Shown piece after piece: positions 58,082-64,000 of a DNA stretch of 64,000 nt. The DNA is from Candidatus Palauibacter soopunensis. Its GTDB lineage: Bacteria > Gemmatimonadota > Gemmatimonadetes > Palauibacterales > Palauibacteraceae. Each line of letters starts with the position of its first letter. Position 1 is the first letter of the stretch. The position numbers and the translations under genes are program-made. The notes below the pieces were generated by a model, which was given only the letters and a program-made list of their open reading frames with translations, searched no databases and had not been told where the DNA came from. The stretch is from assembly GCF_947581735.1 (NCBI RefSeq), contig NZ_CANPVT010000026.1, forward strand, positions 8,841-72,840, in the 5' to 3' direction.

Positions 58082-60370
58082 CTAGCGGGCGGGCATGAAG
58101 AAGGCGTCGTTGTCGGTGATGACGGGGCCGCGCCCGATGTAGCCCGTCAGGTCCGCTTCGGCCATCGCCACGTAGCCGGCGATGGTCTCCGGCGGCCCGA
58201 GATCCCGGACGACGATCGGGTTGGCGGCCGCCCGCGTGAGCACCGACTGCATCACGACGGACGACATCGGGTCCCGCGTGGCGACGACATAACTGTGCGT
58301 CGATCCGGTCGACCACAGCACCATGTTGGGGAAGACGTCCCAGACAGTCCGCAGAATGTCGCGATAGTCCTCCTCGCGGACGCCGTGGATCGGGATCCAC
58401 TGCATGAAGACGCCGTCCTCGGCGAGCCGGCTCTCGATCAACTGATAGAATTCGCTCGTGAACAGCGCCCATGAACTCGCGTTCGCGGGGTGCGTCGCGT
58501 CCACCGAGATGATGTCGTACGACGCCTCCGCCCGGAGAAGGAAGTTGCGTCCGTCCTCGACGTGGAGCCGCAGCCGGTCGCTGTCGAGAACGTCGTAGTT
58601 CTCCTCGGAGTAGACCGCGGCCGCCTCCATCATCTCGGGAGAGAGGTCCACCGCGTCGATGATGGGGATGTCGTGCGTGTTCATCGTCCCGGTGGCGATC
58701 CCGTTGCCGAAGCTCAGGACCAGGGCGTTGCGGGCGCCGGGCCGGAGCAGCGGCGGCAGGTGTCCCAGCAGCCTGAACGCCGCCATGCTCGCGCGGTCCG
58801 TGGGCACTTCGTCGCGGCCGTTGACGAAGGAAATCTTGTAGTTGTCCTCCGGGACCTCGAGCACCGCGACGGTGGTCTCCACGCCCTCCTTGTAGAAGAT
58901 GAGCCGGTCGACCTCCGTATAGTACGAGCCGAGGTAGAAGCCGGTGGGAAGGATCGCGACGGCGACGATCGTGGCCACCATGGCGCCCGCCGGCGCGAAT
59001 CGCAGCGCCCGCCGGCCTCCGCGGTCGAAACGCAGCGCCACGGCTCCGAGCACGAGGTTCAGTGCCGCCAGGGCCATTGTCGTGTTGCGCAGTCCGAAGA
59101 GCGGCACGAGCACGAACCCCGTGCCGAGCGAACCGGCGATGGCTCCCACGGTATTGAACGCGTTCACGCGGCCGATGCGAAGTCCCACGACCTCCGTCCG
59201 CTCGCGCGTGTACAGGCTTCCGACGAGGGGGAACAGCGCTCCGAGGAGGACGGAGGGAGGAAAGAGCGTGATGAAGGCGATGAGGAACTCGTACGCGACG
59301 GTGTAGCCCCCGAACCAATCCTCGAGGTGGAGGGCGGGAAGTCGCGCGAAGGCGTGGAGGATGAGGACGGCCAGCAGTCCGATCGCGAGCTGGATCGCCC
59401 CGAAGTGCCTCAGCGTCGCCCGTCGCCGTCGCAGGACCCAGCTCGCGCCGGCGCCCCCGAGCGCGAGCCCGGCGAGGAAGACCGTCAGCATGAGCGAGAA
59501 CGAGTACGCGGCGTGCGAGGAGTGGATATAGAGGATCCGCGCCCACACGACCTCGTAGCCGAGCGCGATGAAGCCGGAGATGGCGTACGCGATCGCCACA
59601 TAGCGCAGCGCCCCGGCCGAAATCGGGAGCGCCTCCTCAGCGGGTCCGGTACGCGGCCCGGCCGCAAGCGCCGAATCCGCTTCGACATCGCCCATCTCGC
59701 TCGTCGCCCGGCCGGCCCGCCCGGCCGGACCCAGCCGCATGAGCGCGAGCGCCCCCGCCCCGACGAACAGATTGATCGCTGCACCAAGGAAGATGGTCTC
59801 GCGCGCCCCCAGATACCGGAGGAAGACGAGTCCCGTGAGGACGCAGCCCAGGGCGGCGCCCGCCGTGTTCACGAGGTAGAGCCGGCCCACGTCGCTCCCG
59901 ACGCGCCCGCCGTGCGTCGCGTAGATCCGGCTCATGACGGGCAGCGTGGCCCCGATGAGGAAGGTCGTCGGCGTGAGCACGGCCAGAGAGAGGACAAGCC
60001 GGCCCAGCGTGAGCCAGACGCCTCCGGCCGGGAGGGCGTTGCTGAGCCCCGGGTAGAGCGCGTGCAGGGCCCCGAGCAGGAAGGGCGACAGCGCCGCGAG
60101 CGCCGCGATCCCCACCTCGAGTGCCGCGTATGTGCGCAGGGGCCGCGCGTGCGCATCGATTCGCCTGCCCATCATGTAGCTGCCCAGCGCGAGCCCGATC
60201 ATGTAGGCCCCGATGACCGTGCTGTAGGCGTAGACGCTGACTCCGAAGGTGAAGACGGACTGCCGCACCCAGGCGATCTGGTAGATCAGCCCGCTGACCC
60301 CCGACAGAAAGAAGAGGGCCAGCAGCGCGATCCGCCGTACACGGCTATCGGGCGTCATCGGTTGGGGCAT
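58082..60370 (-). CDS. Fused multi-TM (MFS-like) / spermidine-synthase-like polyamine aminopropyltransferase
   Basis: 762 aa. About 14 N-terminal TM helices. C-terminal spermidine synthase fold (ALVLSFGNGIATG, DIISVDATHP). Confidence 0.7.
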   Translation of the reverse strand: MPQPMTPDSRVRRIALLALFFLSGVSGLIYQIAWVRQSVFTFGVSVYAYSTVIGAYMIGLALGSYMMGRRIDAHARPLRTYAALEVGIAALAALSPFLLGALHALYPGLSNALPAGGVWLTLGRLVLSLAVLTPTTFLIGATLPVMSRIYATHGGRVGSDVGRLYLVNTAGAALGCVLTGLVFLRYLGARETIFLGAAINLFVGAGALALMRLGPAGRAGRATSEMGDVEADSALAAGPRTGPAEEALPISAGALRYVAIAYAISGFIALGYEVVWARILYIHSSHAAYSFSLMLTVFLAGLALGGAGASWVLRRRRATLRHFGAIQLAIGLLAVLILHAFARLPALHLEDWFGGYTVAYEFLIAFITLFPPSVLLGALFPLVGSLYTRERTEVVGLRIGRVNAFNTVGAIAGSLGTGFVLVPLFGLRNTTMALAALNLVLGAVALRFDRGGRRALRFAPAGAMVATIVAVAILPTGFYLGSYYTEVDRLIFYKEGVETTVAVLEVPEDNYKISFVNGRDEVPTDRASMAAFRLLGHLPPLLRPGARNALVLSFGNGIATGTMNTHDIPIIDAVDLSPEMMEAAAVYSEENYDVLDSDRLRLHVEDGRNFLLRAEASYDIISVDATHPANASSWALFTSEFYQLIESRLAEDGVFMQWIPIHGVREEDYRDILRTVWDVFPNMVLWSTGSTHSYVVATRDPMSSVVMQSVLTRAAANPIVVRDLGPPETIAGYVAMAEADLTGYIGRGPVITDNDAFFMPAR

Positions 60371-60578
60371 CCAGGTCGGCGGGCTCGTTCTGGACGGGAG
60401 ATGAGGTGTCGGTCGGCGGCAACGTAGTCTGCCCGCTGGGTAGTCGATAGCCCGGCGCGGTCCGCCGCCCCGGCGTCACACCGGGCGCTTCCCGCCGTCT
60501 GGCCGCGGCCGGACGCGGGCAACAAGTTTCGCAGGTACGGTCCACCTGATGACCACGCGCCGACTCGAGGAGCGTCCG

Positions 60579-61964
60579 ATGCGAACGACAGCGATGACCC
60601 TGCGGACCGCGGTGCTGGCCGCGGCCTTCGTCCCCTCCGCTCCTTCCGCCGCGTATGGCGCCGCTCCGGCGATGGCTGCGGCTCGCGCCCCGGCGGCCCA
60701 GGAAGTGACGGCGATCCGGGCCGGTCGGCTCATCGACGGCGCGGGCCAGCCGGCTCGCGACAACCAGGTGATCATCGTGCGCGGCGAGCGGATCGAAGCC
60801 GTGGGCGACGCGGCCGCCGTCGCGATCCCGGACGGCGCCCGGGTCGTCGACCTGACCGGACACACCGTGATGCCCGGGATCGTCGACGCGCACGCCCACC
60901 TTTCGATCCGGCCCGACGTTCGCACGCTCCGGGGCCAGCTGGAGGGAATGGAGCAGCACGACGCCATGCAGATGGCGCGCATCATCCGGAACATCCGGGT
61001 GCAGCTCATGTCCGGCGTCACGAGCGTCTACGTCGTCGGCGAGGTCCACTACAACGACATCCAGGCCTCGCAGGCCGTGGAGGAGGGGATCGTTCCCGGC
61101 CCCCGGATCTATCCCAGCGGGAACTTCATCTCGACCACCGCCGGCCACGGCCCGGCGGAGTACCGGACGACCAACGGACCCTGGGAGATGCGCACGTTCG
61201 TGCGGCAGAACTATGAGATGGGCGCGCACCACATGAAGCTGACGATCACCGACCGCGCGCGGGTGGGGCCCAACAACGGCACCCCGTACGCTCCGGGCGA
61301 GAGCAACTACACGAAGGAAGAGATCGACGCGGCCGTGAACGAACTGCACCGGCTCGGGATCGAGGCCACCGCGCACGCGAACGGAGAGTCCATCCGCCTG
61401 GCGGTCGAGGCGGGAGTCAACTCGATCCAGCACGGCGGGAACCTCAACGAAGAGTTGATGGACCTCATGGCGAGCCGCGACGTGGGGTTCGTGAACACGT
61501 ACACCATCGGTTTCCAGAGCGTCTTCAACGAGTGGGGCTTCCTCGACAACGAAGCGGGCGACATCCGCGACTGGCTCGAGCGCGGGCGTCAGGTGCACGC
61601 GCGGGCGCTTGAAGAGAACCCGGGGCGGGCGCAGCGGCGGCTGGACCGCCTCGGGCAGCTCCGCCGCTCGAAGGAGAAGGGCGTCAAGGTCGGCATCGGG
61701 ACGGACAGCATGCACGGGTACATGCTGTTGGAGATGGAGAACCTGGTGGCCGCGGGGTTCACGCCGCTCGAGGCGATCACGGCGGCCACCGGGCTGAACG
61801 CCGAGATCGTGGGGATCGAAGATGAAGTGGGGACGGTCGAGGTGGGCCGCTTCGCCGATATCATCGCGATCGACGGTCGGCCCGACGAGAACATCCGCGA
61901 CATGGGGAATGTGGCGTTCATCATGGTCGGCGGCCGCGACCAGTCCGCGCTCAGTTTCCGGTAA
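60579..61964 (+). CDS. Metal-dependent amidohydrolase-family protein (secreted)
   Basis: Signal peptide (MRTTAMTLRTAVLAAAFVPSAPSAAYGA). MPGIVDAHAHL metal-binding HxH motif and downstream HANG/GTDS motifs. Confidence 0.75.
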   Translation: MRTTAMTLRTAVLAAAFVPSAPSAAYGAAPAMAAARAPAAQEVTAIRAGRLIDGAGQPARDNQVIIVRGERIEAVGDAAAVAIPDGARVVDLTGHTVMPGIVDAHAHLSIRPDVRTLRGQLEGMEQHDAMQMARIIRNIRVQLMSGVTSVYVVGEVHYNDIQASQAVEEGIVPGPRIYPSGNFISTTAGHGPAEYRTTNGPWEMRTFVRQNYEMGAHHMKLTITDRARVGPNNGTPYAPGESNYTKEEIDAAVNELHRLGIEATAHANGESIRLAVEAGVNSIQHGGNLNEELMDLMASRDVGFVNTYTIGFQSVFNEWGFLDNEAGDIRDWLERGRQVHARALEENPGRAQRRLDRLGQLRRSKEKGVKVGIGTDSMHGYMLLEMENLVAAGFTPLEAITAATGLNAEIVGIEDEVGTVEVGRFADIIAIDGRPDENIRDMGNVAFIMVGGRDQSALSFR

Positions 61965-61990
61965 CGGCGCCTACCAGGGGGTAACGGCGC

Positions 61991-63166
61991 CTACCAGGGC
62001 CTTGACGCTTCGTCGTGGACCGTGGTGGGCAAGCTGTAGGACTGTTCGAAGTCGCCCACGTTGGAGATGTCGAGCATCTCCATGTAGTCGTACCCCGAGT
62101 CGAGTTTGTGGAATCCCGGAATCCGCTCGAGTGCCACCCTCCTCAGCCGGTGCTTCAGCCACAGCAGCGGAACCTGTCGGACCCTCTTGGAGGGGGGGAA
62201 CAGGAACTGATCGGCGAGTTCGTCTCCGACCAGTTCCCGGCACACCTGGTATATGAACGTGGCGAAGGGCCGGCGTTCCTTGGGGTCCTTCACGCCCAGC
62301 AGGAGCGGAGCGCTGTTCACGATGCTGTTCGCCATGATGATGGCATCGTCGTCCGGGGCGGGCTCGCACAACATCCCGATCTCGAATCTGCGGCGCGCAT
62401 CATCGTAGTCCTCGAAGAGGATCGCCTCCGGCACGCCCATGATCCAGGCGGTATACCTCCACACGTGGACGTAGCCCTCCCACTCCATGTCGCTGAATTT
62501 TGCGCCGAGGCGCCTGGCGTGCTGGAGGAGACGCGCCGAAAAGGTGGTCGAAGCGAGCAGGATATTGGCGGCACTGATCGGCATGCCGTGCGCCGCCGTG
62601 TCCCATTCGTCGCAATCCTTGAGCAGCATCCTCGACTGCGCATGCACCAATCGGATACGAAGCGTCAATCGCCACCCATCTCCACCCGGCTCCATCCCGC
62701 CGGGGAGGTACTGGTCGGCCAGGTGCAGGAGGTTCTGGCGGAGGCGGCGAACCCCGTTCTGAGTGATGCGGCCCCGAATCCGGAAAGACTTGCTGATCAG
62801 CGTCGAGAAGCCTTCCACGATCGCGGCTCCGGCCAGGGCTGCCGGTATGATGTTGGAATTGCGGATGAAGCCGCGCGTGGCCGCCTGCGCCAGCTTCGGA
62901 TCGTACCAGTCCGGAATGACGGATACCTCGCTCACCAACTCCCTGAGGGAGTCGGGCAGGCCGTCGGGCAACTGAAACGGATCCCGCAGGGCCGAAGCGA
63001 TGAGCGGGTGCACCTCGCTGGGAGCGAAGGCGGCCGCAAGATCCTCGACGACGCGATCGGCAAGGGGGTCGCCGAGCATCGTATGGCGGATGAAATCGTC
63101 CGCCAATCGGGCGTCGACGGCCCGCGCCGCCTCGTACCCGGCAGCGTAGCTGGACGGAATCCTCAT
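61991..63166 (-). CDS. MpaB/DUF2236-family oxygenase-like protein
   Basis: 391 aa from ATG 63166. Family assignment is from overall sequence character. The longer ORF to 63421 is low-complexity. Confidence 0.45.
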   Translation of the reverse strand: MRIPSSYAAGYEAARAVDARLADDFIRHTMLGDPLADRVVEDLAAAFAPSEVHPLIASALRDPFQLPDGLPDSLRELVSEVSVIPDWYDPKLAQAATRGFIRNSNIIPAALAGAAIVEGFSTLISKSFRIRGRITQNGVRRLRQNLLHLADQYLPGGMEPGGDGWRLTLRIRLVHAQSRMLLKDCDEWDTAAHGMPISAANILLASTTFSARLLQHARRLGAKFSDMEWEGYVHVWRYTAWIMGVPEAILFEDYDDARRRFEIGMLCEPAPDDDAIIMANSIVNSAPLLLGVKDPKERRPFATFIYQVCRELVGDELADQFLFPPSKRVRQVPLLWLKHRLRRVALERIPGFHKLDSGYDYMEMLDISNVGDFEQSYSLPTTVHDEASRPW

Positions 63167-63434
63167 GTGCGTGTTGATTTCAATCTCTCTCCATTTCAAC
63201 CGAAGAGAATACGTCCGGGCACGGATTAGCAAAAGTTTCGGAGGCGTGACGCACGGGGTCCCTTCGCCCCGCGCTCTGGCGAATCGGTCGCGCGCCGCGT
63301 AAACCGTTAGCAGCCTGCGGCAGCGTTTCAGGCGAGATGCGGCGCCGCTCGAACGCAGCCGGGTTCTGCCACGGGCTGCCGGATCTGCGAGAGCCGCATG
63401 AGGGGAGGTGGGACACATCACGGAGGAACACGGC

Positions 63435-64000
63435 GTGAGTGACGACGGTCACTTCGACCGAGAGAATATCCGGGGCCCTATCGGTTTCATGGCGAAGAAC
63501 GGCATCGCTGCGAACGTCGTCATGCTGTTTCTCGTCCTCGCCGGGCTGGCCTCGGCCCGGAACCTGGTCCAGGAGGTCCTGCCCGACTTCTCCCTGGACC
63601 GCGTCCAGATCGTCGTCCCGTATCCGGGCGCGGCTCCGGAGGAAGTCGAGGAATCCATCGTCCGGCGGATCGAGGAGCAGATCCGGGCGGTGGACGGCTT
63701 GAACCGGGTCGAAGCCACCGCCTCCGAAGGGCTCGCGTCGGTGATCGCGGAGTTCACTTCGGGAACGGACGTCAACCGCGCCCTCAACGAACTGAAGGCG
63801 GAAGTCGACCGCATTCCGACCTTCCCGGCAGCCGCCGAACGGCCCGAGATACGGGAGATCACGAGTCGGCAGAGCGTCATCCGCCTCCTCGTGTACGGCG
63901 ATGTGCCGGAGCGTACGCTCAAGGAACTGGCCTACGACATCGAGGAAGGACTCTCCGCCCTTCCCGAGGTGTCGCTGGCCGAGATCAGCGGCGCCCGCCC
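63435..64000 (+). CDS. RND efflux transporter (AcrB/CzcA family), N-terminal part, 3' truncated by window edge
   Basis: GTG 63435 preceded by GGAGG. First TM helix (IAANVVMLFLVLAGLASA), then periplasmic porter subdomain motifs (VVPYPGAAPEEVEESIVRRIEEQI...). Confidence 0.75.
   Translation, partial: MSDDGHFDRENIRGPIGFMAKNGIAANVVMLFLVLAGLASARNLVQEVLPDFSLDRVQIVVPYPGAAPEEVEESIVRRIEEQIRAVDGLNRVEATASEGLASVIAEFTSGTDVNRALNELKAEVDRIPTFPAAAERPEIREITSRQSVIRLLVYGDVPERTLKELAYDIEEGLSALPEVSLAEISGAR

Overview
High-GC (~70%) chromosomal segment from a Gram-negative bacterium; the gene content (fused E1 alpha/beta, DUF5916, CarbopepD_reg TonB receptor) resembles Gemmatimonadota, but that is only an inference. 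The window is gene-dense, with about 47 protein genes, one tRNA-Ala(TGC), no rRNA, no CRISPR array and no transposase or integrase. Main blocks, in order:
- 5' end: a partial Fpg/Nei glycosylase with an overlapping DUF4031 gene, a fused E1 alpha/beta TPP dehydrogenase, an XRE regulator, a DUF5916 outer-membrane protein, and ArsC-type reductase coupled to MobA.
- 7.3-17.4 kb: an 8-gene minus-strand operon plus a divergent CoA ligase encoding a complete tryptophan -> kynurenine -> anthranilate -> anthraniloyl-CoA -> beta-oxidation-like route. It includes a fused 2-aminobenzoyl-CoA monooxygenase/reductase.
- 17.4-27.7 kb: a DUF1015 protein, a lipoprotein, CspA, a TAT-exported HD-domain protein with a His-rich tract, a TonB-dependent receptor, and two aldehyde dehydrogenases (one MmsA-like).
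- 27.7-32.0 kb: a recent tandem duplication of a roughly 2.2 kb gene for a dimethylformamidase-large-subunit-like lipoprotein, each copy carrying its own upstream region.
- 32.2-46.4 kb: a secreted phosphoesterase/phosphodiesterase, Na+ symporter, adenosine deaminase, NCS2 purine permease and Tsx-like channel neighbourhood, interrupted by an AddAB-type helicase-nuclease pair.
- 46.4-51.0 kb: a PepP gene frameshifted at a C5 homopolymer, a DUF1684 lipoprotein, and a two-subunit GMC dehydrogenase.
- 51.1-55.5 kb: a roughly 4.4 kb low-GC (~50%) island just upstream of tRNA-Ala carrying a McrBC-type type IV restriction system. Its McrB has an N-terminal DUF3578-like module, a second PUA-like module, and an EVE/PUA-like domain inserted inside the AAA+ GTPase core. 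That insertion is the most unusual feature in the window.
- 3' end: a serine hydrolase, SRPBCC protein, DUF2461 protein, membrane-fused spermidine synthase, amidohydrolase, MpaB-like oxygenase and the start of an RND pump.
All assignments come from reading the translated motifs by eye; no database search was run.
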